Shown one piece after another: positions 63,790 through 64,000 of a stretch of 64,000 nt of DNA. Where the stretch lies: NCBI GenBank assembly GCA_963717465.1, contig OY970340.1:1888001-1952000 (forward strand), written 5' to 3'. The DNA is from Candidatus Bathyarchaeota archaeon. GTDB taxonomy: Archaea; Thermoproteota; Bathyarchaeia; Bathyarchaeales; Bathycorpusculaceae. The position numbers and the translations under genes are program-made. The notes beneath the pieces are model-generated. The model did not search any database, had not been told where the DNA came from, and was given only the letters and a program-made list of their open reading frames with translations. The number at the start of each line of letters is the position of its first letter. Position 1 is the stretch's first letter.

Positions 63790-64000
63790 GCGTTCTTAAG
63801 AGATTTTGGTAGCAGAAAAGCTCATCGGTTAATCTCTTTGGAGGCATGGGCGCTGAAGTGCCTAAAATCAACAGTGCTTCATGAAGCGCTCGTGAAAACA
63901 TGGTTGGAAAGCTTAATTTTATTGTTGATGCAAGCGAGGTTGTTTTCCTGTTACTAATCAGGTTGCGGTGAAAGCGATTAAGAATCGGCTTAAAAGATAT

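Noticed and set aside
1..64000. tRNA, rRNA, transposase or integrase genes, and the remaining short antisense ORFs
   Set aside because: No cloverleaf, rRNA, DDE, Y1 or recombinase signatures seen by eye; the short ORFs lie within better-supported genes

Overview
Archaeal chromosomal window. The archaeal call rests on TrmB, NurA-HerA, DUF2206/DUF1616 and TATA-type promoters; the gene content suggests Bathyarchaeia or another TACK lineage, which is an inference. 0.1-20 kb is a surface-glycan locus (GT2/GT4, a GDP-mannose 3,5-epimerase-like enzyme, Gfo/Idh/MocA oxidoreductases, a CapK/PaaK-like ligase, DUF2206, radical SAM, WecB) interrupted by a VapBC pair. 20-26 kb is an exosortase/archaeosortase module with a candidate PE-motif substrate. 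26-34 kb holds an AbiE-like antitoxin/nucleotidyltransferase pair flanked by two copies of a covarying hairpin element, TrmB, a candidate sRNA, a ParB-like/methyltransferase fusion, a decayed antitoxin and a large membrane-anchored protein. 34-44 kb is catabolic: CocE/NonD hydrolase, methylmalonate-semialdehyde dehydrogenase, FAD/Fe-S oxidoreductases, Zn-ADH and LsrF. 44-64 kb has redox/stress genes, an ABC exporter with PadR, a pyrH relic, VapBC, a fluoride riboswitch with crcB and DUF190, and NurA-HerA. About ten otherwise intact genes carry single-base indels, most likely sequencing errors. I found no tRNA, rRNA, CRISPR array or transposase. All family calls are by motif recognition, with no database search.
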